From NCBI RefSeq assembly GCF_009914755.1, contig NC_060947.1: 64,000 nucleotides of DNA; one strand, written 5' to 3'. The stretch comes from the human T2T-CHM13v2.0 reference genome, Homo sapiens. Of this stretch, positions 53,301 to 64,000 are shown one piece after another. The stretch's first letter is position 1, and every line of letters starts with the position of its first letter. The notes beneath the pieces were generated by a model. That model was not told the DNA's origin and ran no database searches. It saw only the letters and a list, made by a program, of their open reading frames with translations. A program made the position numbers and the translations under genes.

Positions 53301-53699
53301 GGTTCCTGGGATTCAGTCTATGGTCATAGATCCACTCTGTTTTACTCTTACTCCTGTGTTCTTTTATGTAACTGTGCTGAAAACACCAGATACTATTGTT
53401 TTATTTTAACTCAAAACGGCTCCTCTCTTTCTCTAACTATAAAATATTTTCGGCTGAACTAACCTGCAAACATCCTAGTAAGTCAGTGTAAGTGTAACAC
53501 AAATAACACTGCCACAATGCACTGGACTGTCTGACAGAACATTCTGTTCCTCATTCTGTCTAGAGGAGAAGACACAGCGGGGCCCTATCCGCCCCACTGC
53601 TTGCCTCTGCCATCCAGTCAGAAGATTTCACCCCAACACCAACAGAAAGCATGCAATCCATCTGTAAGGTGTGGTGGGAGGAAGGGATTGAAGCAATAT

Positions 53700-53970
53700 A
53701 ACAAGTAGGTGATAGCACTAACTTTGAAGGCAGACTCCATTTTTAGAATACATGATAGATGGGGAAACTCAGTCTCTCTAAGACTCATCTCAAAAATGAG
53801 AACAATAATTGAGTATCATGAGGCTTAAAAGAAACAATGGACATAATGTTCTTCGCACAGTATCTTGCTCATGGTAAGTGACGAATAAATGTTTCTAGTG
53901 TGCAGCATGTAGTGAACACTCAATAAATATCGATTGAATGAATGGGTGAGTGACCAAATGAATGAATGGA
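53700..53970 (+). mobile_element. MIR plus L2 3'-tail fragments
   Basis: ctcagtctctctaagactcatctcaaaaatgagaacaata..., then actcaataaatatcgattgaatgaatg. Confidence 0.6.
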
Positions 53971-54851
53971 CAATCAACCAGATAAAACCTGTTTTATGTT
54001 CCTAATATAGATTCCTCTCCTCTAGACTTAAATTTCTGCTTAAGAAATGGAATAGATTGTACATTGCGGGCTTAGTAATGTTGGAAAAGGGTAGATTTGC
54101 TCCCAGGGTCTCCTAGGAGAAAGAGTGAAGACTTGGGCCAATTCCACACTCCCCTGCTGGCAGAATTCCCATACCAGTCCACAGGAGCCAGGTGGAGGGT
54201 TGTCTGAACCCTCACCAAGGGATCATTATTGAACAGATGCAATTAAAATAAAAATAAGGTCACAAGCCCTGCTTGCAGTGCCTTGTAAGGCAGCATACAA
54301 GTTTTGAGCTACCCTTAACCTCATCCACACCTAGAGTCGTTATGGCATCCTCTTGGTCTGCCTTACACACACCTGGGTTACTTGATTAAAGGACTGAACT
54401 CCTGGGTCTCTGCCTCTTTATACTCCCAAACTTGTTCAGTTCCTTGATCCTCTGATCCTCTAGCTCATGAATAGTTTGTTGCTTTTTGTGATACCTGGGT
54501 GAGGAAACTGAAGCATGGAGTGAGGGAGGGCTCCCTGGACCTCAAGATGAAAACCTCAAGGCCTTTTCCCAAGCATCTTTCCTCTCCCAACTTCATCCTT
54601 CCACAACTAAGAAGGATGATCAGAAAGAGAATGGCAGGCTAACATCTTCAATGGATCTATGACTGGTGATGGAATAAGACAGGCCCAAAAACTTGGCTTA
54701 ACCAGAAAACTGCACCAGAAATACTGACTTAAATTGAAGGCACCTGGTATTTAATGAACTCTTGTAGAATTCCAGATTTCTTCTGTGGAAGGCTTCCTTA
54801 AACCATTTTACAGAGGACTTTTTGAGACAAAGAAGATAGTTTTTCACTCAC

Positions 54852-54865
54852 CTTTTTTCTTCCTA
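54852..54865 (-). other. SMPX: SMPX exon 4 3'UTR portion (second TAG plus 11 nt), ending at donor AAG|GTGAGT
   Basis: Minus strand reads TAG TAG GAAGAAAAAAG|gtgagt. Confidence 0.92.
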
Positions 54866-55027
<162 letters not shown>

Positions 55028-55891
55028 TCACCAAAAATCACATTTGATCTCTTTGGGCCATAAGCATGAACCAGAAAAAAAAATTAAAGTAACAATGATG
55101 TCAAAGTGTGATTCTAGCAGAGTGACTGTCCCTTGTGTTGTTGAGACAGCCTTAGAGTTTCAATAAAATCTCCTAAAGTTTGTTGTGAAGTGTGGAATAA
55201 AGTTGGAAGAAGAAAACAAGTAATTTCCACATAACTTAGAAAACACTAGAGTATGTTCAACTTCTGATAACTAACAAAAATTACTACTAGTTCAAAGGAT
55301 TTGTGTTTCCAAGAGAAGCATCTTACAAGATTGACTTTAATTTGTAATCATACAATTATAATATGCCTGACAGCAAAGATTTGTACAATGTTAGAGCATG
55401 GGATGCATAAATAAACTGAAACAAACGTAAGCAAAACCTGTTTGAATATGGGCACGACAAGACAGAGTGGCAGAGGAAGCCCAGCTCTCTCCTGCTTTGG
55501 GAAGTATTTTAAATTTCCTATCATTGAATGTTATATTTTTGTTGCAACTTTAGGGCAGGACCCACATCCTATCCTTTCTTGTGGCATTTCCAGTGTCTGT
55601 CACAGAGGTGCACGCGCATACTTGTTGACTGTTGTTTATTTGGATCAATCCCAAGAATGTGCCATAATGAAAATCTATGCCTCTATGTACATACACCAAA
55701 CACACATACAATGGTAACTATAAAACAACATCAGTTGCTGTGTGTGGCTCCGAGAACTTCAGAAACTCATTTATACAGAAAAAAAAAAAGTTGATTATTA
55801 GCCCATTCCTTCTATTTGCTAGAGGTGGTGTGTAGGGGAGGATATGTTCTCTGTGGCCCCAGGGAAAGGTGTTGGAGGAACATTTGATCAC

Positions 55892-56273
55892 CGTGGCAGC
55901 CTTGAGAACGCGCCTCTCGGATCAGTTTACTGCAGAGAGGATAATTGAATGAGGGCTCCAGCTGCTTCACATTGAAATCCAGCCATCCATCACCACGCTG
56001 AGGTCACACTTCCCACGGCTGCTTGTAGCCAATGACTGAGTGCGACAGGAATTCTAAGGCGGGCCCATTCCTGGGAGACTTGGGACTCCTCTGCGGAGCG
56101 ACTTCACCTGGAGAACTTGCCTCAGTACGGCACTGAAGTCTGAGATGCTTCCACCCAACCCTCTATCCCTCTCTCCCTCCCAGCCTCGGGCAACTCCCTC
56201 CCATTTTTCCTTACAAGTGTTTTCCCCAGCAAGTATCTTTGGGTCAGTTTCCTGAAGGACCCAAACTAACACA
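55892..56273 (+). mobile_element. LTR16C-like ERVL LTR
   Basis: gtggcagccttgagaacgcgcctctcggatc ... agccaatgactgag ... ggacccaaactaacaca. Confidence 0.7.
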
Positions 56274-57919
56274 GACTGGCGCAGATCTCCATCTGCTTGG
56301 CCAACAACTGGGTGAACCAATACAGTTCCCGGGAAAAGAAATAAGTAACTGCATGTTTGCCTCTCACCAGAGAGGGTGGGCCCTATGCCCTATGCCCCGC
56401 CTCCACCCCACCCTTACCCTCAACCCCCACCAGCAGCCCTGTCATTTGGGTATTAAAGCTGATGGTGTGTGTTAATCCCTGTCTGGATCCTATGTCTAGT
56501 TCTCAAATTGGTTAGAACCTAAAGGAAGAAAGTATTCAAGCTTCCCCAAACTCTAACAAATTACTTAGTAGTCACGTCCTTTATAGAAATGTTTTTAAAT
56601 TGTTTATCGGAGGGGATGAGTAGACATAAAATATTGAGGTGCTGTTCTTCTACTAAGGGCTAATGGCTTTTCCTACAGTCATTTTCTTTAAATCTGGTAC
56701 AGTGCTGATGAAATAGCTAACGTTTCACCCAAACAAAATGATAAAGTATTTCAATGTGGACTATACCTGCTGTAAATATCTGGAAAATACTGTTTCCCTG
56801 GGTCAGTGTACAGAGCCCTAGAATCAGCTGTTTTTTGTCATGCACACACATTTATCAGTTATAAATGTAGATTTAGAAGCAATAATTAAAACTGTAAAGC
56901 ATCCACTTGGAGGACTAGATATTCCAAAATGTTCTTTGCTATGCTTTCAGAAAGAATTTTTTAACAAGGCTATAAAGTGCTGTGTGTGTGTGTATGTGTT
57001 TTATATATGTGTAGTGGTGAAATGAAAAATGTTTCCTCACTTATAAATGTTTCCACGGCTGTTAGGTGGGTAGACCTTAATAAAGAAGCATGAAAGAGAA
57101 AAATGTTTCCAATTCCTTCTGTTAAGTTCCTGGATAAGTCACATTTACTGACTTTGTAACATCAAAATGTTCTATATTGGCACATTTAACACATTAAAGC
57201 CAATGTCTGTACTTACATGTTTATATGCAAAAATTTTTGCAGTGAGCATTTGCAGATTAATAACAATATTTAATAGGCACCTTCCTCTCTACTTATTAAA
57301 ACTTCAATGCATTGTGTTTTTTTATTTATCAACATAAGACTTTCACCACTTGATTTGGTAAAGTCACATATAATGGGAAATTATAATTCAATATATTTAG
57401 TAATTAGACATGATATTGACTCAGGAAGAAGGGGGTTAATGGTGCATTTTCTTAAATGAAACTTCTCTCATCTTTTAAAAACATAACAGGAATCAGATTC
57501 CATTTATATTATGAATTTGTAATTGTAAGAATTATAGTAAGTTAAGACATAAACAAACAGGGTTCCAGATGGCCCCATTTGGCTAATAAATATGTCCTTT
57601 TTTAATTTTGTAAGTGGATATTTGAATGAAGAAGGGACATGAAAGACATTCTTTGGCTTAGATAAAGAGAGTGTAAAAGAAGGCTTATCAGCCACAGCAG
57701 CATTCTCAGTTTCAGGAATGGCTGTTGTGAAGGGAAATGTTTCCCTTGGGGGTCACAGGGTATTTGTAAAACTTGGCAAAACAGTGAAACATATTCAAGT
57801 GATCTCACTTTCATCTCCCTCATTATTGCCAGATATCCTACTGAGTTTTTCCCTAAACTCTCCTGTGTGGGACAATACAATCTGGCCTGCTCATTCATGC
57901 TCAAACACCAAAGACTTAA

Positions 57920-58110
57920 TAATAATGGCACACTGTTAACTGTTCTAAGTTACATGTACTAACTCATTTAATCCTCACCTCAACCATAGAAATCTGGTAC
58001 TATTATCATCCCTGTCTTACAGTGGAGAAGACTCAGGCACAGAAGGGCTAAGAAACTTGCCCCAAGGCCACACAGCTGGGAAGTGGCTAGACCAGAATTA
58101 AATGTTTGCA
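57920..58110 (-). mobile_element. MIR
   Basis: actcatttaatcctcac...tattatcatccctgtcttacagtggagaagactcaggcacaga...cttgccccaaggccacacagct. Confidence 0.82.
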
Positions 58111-60708
58111 TCTTGTAAAGGAGCCAGGTGGAGAGGGAAATAATTAACAGAAAATCACAACCTGCTATTTTGTGGCTTAATAATGATAGTATTTCAGTCA
58201 AAAGAGAGATTTGGGAAGCTTAGTAGAGGCTTGTCAATACCCTTCAAATCAAGCAAGCAGCTGATTGTCTTACGCAAAAGACCAGCCCTGTTTATTAACA
58301 TTTGGCTGTAAGGCCTCAGTGTTGGGCACATGCCCATCTGTGGCTGGGCCAAGCAGATAGAGGGTGTACTCCAGCTCTGTGAGCAGAGCAAAGGTCTTAC
58401 CAGAAACCATAGGTGGGCCAAAGACAGGGTCAGTGCTCACAGGCCTTGGCAGACAGCCAAAGACTCATTCTGGCTTCCTGCTGGGGAACATCCTCTTCAC
58501 ATCTGAGAGGGTGTCAGGATCAAAAGTCCTTCTGAGTTTAGATGGGGAACCTCCTGAATGTGATAGAGGTTATCTGTTTTGTTCAAAGATGGTATGTTAT
58601 GATCTCTATACAGTAATTATCCTCATGCAAGGCTAGGCAACGAACGAATTTTAAGTCTACAAAATTAAGCAATTCCAAGTTTGCAAACTAGATGATAATG
58701 ATAGTAAATGTGGATGTATATGTTATTTCAAATCCAAATTTTATTTTCCCATTCAAACTATGCCTTAAAATGTGGCTGGGGCCTGAAGCTAATTGACAAA
58801 ATCCTACTTAACCCACCCTGTGGCCAAGCCAAGCTGTCTAATTACTCCCCTCACAATGTTGTCTTCATAAGAAACTTAATCTGAGGTCCAGGCCAGAGAC
58901 TGAGTCATTAGATCCCACTCCCTCCCTAAGACTGCACAAATCCTGAGAGTTTATTTCTGCTTTTATGGTAAAGAAATACCATCACTAGCTCCACCCTTCT
59001 GCCCAATGAGCTCTATGAGAAAGGTATGGTACAGTTCAAGAAATACTCCATCTGTTGGACAATAAGTTGTTACAAAAAAAAAAGGAAGAAAGACAAAAAA
59101 CAGAAACATCCCTGGGGTCTTTGTGTCTTTGTGGATACATCACTACCTCCATCCTATGAAAAATACTAGTTGGCCATTTGTATACGTGGCTAATTATAAA
59201 GTAGGTGTTCACACACCAAGCTGTATCAGTTCTTGTCTATTTTAGAATGCACTGCAACCAACAGATTAGATACAAGGCAAGAGAGAGCAAAGTGCTTCCC
59301 CAGTCCCCTGAGATACTTGTGTGGAGGAAAGTACCAGTTGGACAAAGAAGAACCAGGGGCCATCTGTACCACAGGTGGAAAATGAAATGTGAGCCTCCAA
59401 AACAGCTGTTACATCAGTCAATTTAGTGAGAAAAGTGGGTCAAGCTACTTTCTGACTGATTGCCATGGTAGTGACAGACACAGTTTAAGAGGAAGCACAG
59501 GAAGCAAAGAAAAATCTAATTACAGATAAATGAAGGTATAGAAGAATTCCACCGCCGTCCCTTTTACCTCCCCATGCCTTTTCCTTACAACATGCAAAAA
59601 CAATAGGCCCAGGAGTGCTTCATGAAAATTGGATAATTACATCAATTGATGAAAAATAGTTTATGGAATACCTACTAGACTACGCCATGTCCATTATATC
59701 ATGCCCTCGCAGTGACCCTCTGAGGAATGGAGGTGATCCTATTTTGCAGACACAGACTCTGAAATACTTGGCCCAAGTCCCAGATGGAGACCTCATGATC
59801 ATGAGTTAACTCGATGGCAAAGTTAACAGCAACAGAACTTGAGATTATGTAACCATAAAAGCAGGGTAGGGCCAGGTTTTTCCAACTTGTATGTTCAAAA
59901 TTTGTATTCATCAAGAGTGACTTAGTGGCTGCAATTCCAGCACTTGATGATATCACTCAAATACTCCCCATCTCCTCCTTTCAAAAATTATCTTTCTACT
60001 GATAGGAGACTGGAACCACTAATTTAGGACGACATCAGGAATATTCACAGGAAAAAAAGGTTACAAGCAGGACAAAGTTGTATTAGGAACCTTTGAAATG
60101 GTAATAGATATTCTTTTGGGACAAATACCAAAAATGTCACTTGGTAAACTTAAAAAGCCTTTTTACCCTTTTAAAAAGATGAAATACAGTTTGCTATGCC
60201 TTGTGGCTTTATTTGATTCCATTTTCCATGTCTTGTGCTAATAAAATGTTCCAAAACCTTCACTATCTTTTTTGAGAATCAGACCTTCCAGGTTTCAGCA
60301 GAAAAGTTACAATTGGGTAAGAAATATAAACATCTGAGGAAGAAACTCTTCCCTATTTATGGCATTCATTATTAATTTTAGCCTCCAATTTAGCAGATCG
60401 GGTACTTGAATTTGGGGGAGAAGTAAAGAATTAGAAAGAGGAAAAAATACAGAAATGGAGGCTTGATAGACTCCCTTGCAAAGTCCCCTTTTCAAAGGAA
60501 ACATTTAGAGATTGAGTTTTTGTTTGTTTGTTGTTTATTTGAATCCCCAAATAATTTAATGTGCTTACTTTCTGCATTCTCACTTATCAGAAGCTGTACT
60601 AAGTATTATTACAACCTGCTGAGTTGGATAAAAGATCCCAAGTGAAAACTTACCAATCTAGTGACTACTGCTAGACGAAAAACTTCTCAGAGGCTTTATC
60701 CTCCCCAC

Positions 60709-60781
60709 CACACACACGTGCACACACACACACGCATACACACAATCAATCAATCAAACAATCAGTTAATCAGTCAATCAA
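60709..60781. repeat. Compound (CA)n + (CAAT)n microsatellite
   Basis: Read directly from the sequence. Confidence 0.9.
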
Positions 60782-61007
60782 CAGACTGGAAGTTAAACTC
60801 AGTACCTTCAAGTAATGGTGCCAGGTACAGTACTTAAATTTGGCTGAAGGGAAGGGAGAAGGCAGTGCGTTTCAGGGCTGACTGAGCAAGACAACTAAAA
60901 AAATGTACATACTGTATGTTATTCCTTGACACACAGCCATTTGCCCCCTCCCTTGTCCTGGATAGCCAGCCCTTGCCTAGCCTCTGCCCCCTCTGGTGAG
61001 GATTTTA

Positions 61008-61139
<132 letters not shown>

Positions 61140-61315
61140 CTAAAAGAGAAAACAGGGTAGGTTTAGCTCAAAAAAAGTAAGAAATTGCAATGACATTCTG
61201 AGACAGTAATCGTTGTGAAGAAAAATGCGTCTGAAAAGTACATCTTCAAAGCTTTTTATCTCAGGAAAATTGCTGTAATGACAGCATAAAAATATGCAAA
61301 GGAAAATTTGACTTC

Positions 61316-61358
61316 CATTTATTACAGATTACATTTATTACAGATTTCATTTATTACA
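61316..61358. repeat. 16-bp tandem repeat, ~2.7 copies (CATTTATTACAGATTW)
   Basis: Copies start at 61316, 61332 and 61348. Confidence 0.9.
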
Positions 61359-62688
61359 CATCCTTAGGTCTGTGCAGTGATTTTACAATTTCCTGTTGGA
61401 TGGCAGAATTTGAAGACAGTTTGTTCTGGCTGTTGCCCTCCTGAGGTGCATATTATTTTTCTCTCTCTGGGATAAGGAGGGAACACATAATGACAGGCAA
61501 GGAGGAAAGAGCATCTGCATAAGTCATCCCACACCTTAGCCCTCCTTCCGGTCCCTTCAAATTTACCACATGGGAGGGGAGACATTTACACGCCCTAAGC
61601 TACTTCCTCCTTTCCATAATGTCCTGCACTTTATTGCCATAGTCTCTGAAATTGACACTCTTCTACCTTCTTCCCAACATGTACTTGTGTGGGTCAGTAA
61701 GGAGTAAAGAGGGTGCTTGGAAAGCCAAGTTCCCTTCGTATCACCACCATTGACTCTTCTCCCTTATGATGATAAAATACTAATCTCCATCAGTGGTAAA
61801 CATAAAATACCTTCATGACATCCTCTAAACATTAAATTAGGTAAGGATATATTGACACTGTAATTTGAACTTGGAGAGATAATATATAAATTTGAATTTT
61901 GCCCATACTTATTTGATGTCAAAAGGTGAATATATGTAATGCAGATCAAAAATGTCCTCAACCAGTATTATCACTCACATAAAACAACCATCAAATACTA
62001 TTTTAAAGTAGAATACAATATTTTTCCATTGAAGATAAAGTGTTGCCTTATGAGTAATTGGATATGTGGGCTTGAAAAGTTGAAATTTCGTTTTGATGTT
62101 ATGCATGTAAATGATGCCTGAACAAAGGGAGCAAAATATTTTTTTATCTTATGACATGGATTGTATGATTTTGGCACCACACCAAAGGAAGTTATTAGGA
62201 AGTGTGGTAAGTCCCATTTGGAACTGCCTTGTACAAGCTCTGTTGCCAGGGGAATGCTTAACCCTATGAAACAGGAAGCATCCAGTGTCCATGTTCATGC
62301 AACATGGCAGGTCTGTGTTGTACTCCCTTCAGGAGCAGGAGGTGACTTTTCCTACCCAGGGGCTTTAAAACACCCCATCCTTACTAGAATAATGCTGATA
62401 CCACAGAAAGAAATAGATCCAAAGTATTTGTGGGAAGTAACCGGAGAGGTACATCATTGTGGAGCCATTCCTAGTACCAACAAGCCAAGGAGTATTTTTA
62501 ATCAGTATGTACCGCATATGTTAAAATATAAATCCAGCACAACTTTAGAGAAAAGCATTTTAAAAACCTAAGGCTGAGCTTTCTATGCTATTTTTATGTG
62601 TAATGGAAATACCAGGTGGCATCGAGTGGGAGGAGGAGGGGGCATAAGAGAGGAGAAAGATTTGTCTTATATGGTGGCAAATATGGAG

Positions 62689-62856
62689 CCATACTTCATG
62701 AATTCCAAGATGCATCTCTTTTAATATCTCTGGTCAGAGTGTGTCTTACAACCAATAGTGTCCTACAATTTTAGTTGGCACATTTGCTTTATTTTGGCAG
62801 GATGTAAAATAATGGTATTTTACAATTGACAGTGTCTTAGATTGGATGAAATATCA
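62689..62856. mobile_element. MER104/Kanga-like TcMar-Tc2 MITE
   Basis: Imperfect TIRs ccatacttcatgaattccaagatg / gtcttagattggatgaaatatc. Confidence 0.55.
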
Positions 62857-63529
62857 TAGGGGCCTGAATAAAGAAGATCAAGACAGTGTAAATAATACTC
62901 ACAGAAGATAATCCATATTGGACCAATAGACTATTTCCATCACTACAGTTTGGATAAAAGAGGGGAAAAATCAATATACGGACTATTTGGGAAAAAGTTA
63001 ACCAGTTAAAAGTTTAGTTAAATTGTCCCTACCCCAACCCATTTATTAAGCATCTACAGGGGGCATCTTCCTAACGGTGAGCTCAAGTTATCATATTGTT
63101 TCTGAAAGACTTGATTGCTAAATTAACTCATTTAATCAAGTATATATGCTCTATGGTAGATTGTAGTTTTTAGTAAGGGGACATGCAAAGGTCATCCAGA
63201 ATAATATAATATTGTGAAGGGCATGTTACAAGATGACTACTTTTCCTGTTCGGAGATTAATTTTAGTGATGCGCCCCCATGTGGCCTCTCCATGTTTCAC
63301 GGGTGGCTTAACAATAGTGAAAAGAGCCTAATGCTAGCAGTTGCTACAAGTTCTCTGTGCTTGAAAAAGTAACAATTGCTCTGGGTCTCATTGTCCCCAT
63401 TTGTAATATGAATATTAGGCTGTGTCAATGGTTTTCAAACCTCTTAACCAGGGAACTCTTCCTTCCTTCAAATGAAGTACTGTAAGAATATCTACAATGC
63501 AAAGCAGGCAGAGGTGGAGGGTTTAAATA

Positions 63530-63710
63530 CCTGCATCCTCACAACAAACTTTTGAGGTTAGTATTATCATCTTCATTTTACTGATGAAGAAATGAATCCT
63601 CAGAGAGGTTAATTCTCTCAAGGTCATACATATAGTTCCAGGAAAAGGCAAGATTCCAAATTGAAGCTGCCTGACTTCAGGGACAGACCTTCTCACTCTC
63701 TCAAACCCGT
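63530..63710 (-). mobile_element. MIR
   Basis: atcctcacaacaaactttgaggttagtattatcatcttcattttactgatgaagaaatgaatcctcagagaggttaa. Confidence 0.78.
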
Positions 63711-64000
63711 CTCTAAAGAGCTCTTTTCACGTGGCCAAAAATAGCTCTAACCAGCTCTAAAATTCTCTAAAGCAGCTCTGATATTGGAGACTTACACTTT
63801 GAGAGTGGTCTTTGAAAACGAGCAGATAAAATGGATAATTTCATAATAGATACCAAAGAAAAGCCACATTGAAAAATGAGCCATTAACTCACTGACTTGA
63901 CACTTTTTCTTCTTTAAAAGCATCACTCAAGAAATCAGAAAAACTTAAATGGGTTTTTTTTTTTTTTTTTTTTGACAGCAGATATTGACAGGAACCAAAG

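Noticed and set aside
62161-62571. 136-aa plus-strand ORF antisense to SMPX (similarly 29672-30082 and 27949-28320)
   Set aside because: No recognisable domain, no splice support, and length within the chance range.

Overview
Primate (almost certainly human) genomic DNA: AT-rich, CpG-poor and dense in interspersed repeats. The only protein-coding gene I can support is the 3' part of SMPX (small muscle protein X-linked, Xp22) on the minus strand, which the ORF track misses because its exons are short. It comprises coding exon 3 (61053-61139, [29 protein letters not shown]), exon 4 (54852-55000, [11 protein letters not shown]...YVPKAEQ-TAG-TAG plus 11 nt) and a wholly non-coding terminal exon (~23281-23701) beyond a ~31-kb 3'UTR intron. 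Positions 1-23280 are downstream intergenic sequence with Alus, L1/L2/MIR fragments, MaLR and ERVL LTRs, a young LTR13 solo LTR and a fossil ERV-L gag-protease. I found no prokaryote-type systems, CRISPR arrays, tRNAs or rRNAs. I do not see a clearly new biological system. The best leads are candidate NMD-triggering cassette exons and coding-like fossil exons in the 3'UTR intron, a tandem CArG/TEAD muscle-enhancer candidate, alternative poly(A) signals, and a minisatellite built from perfect palindromes. Repeat subfamily names come from recalled consensus sequences, and boundaries without a stated TSD are approximate.
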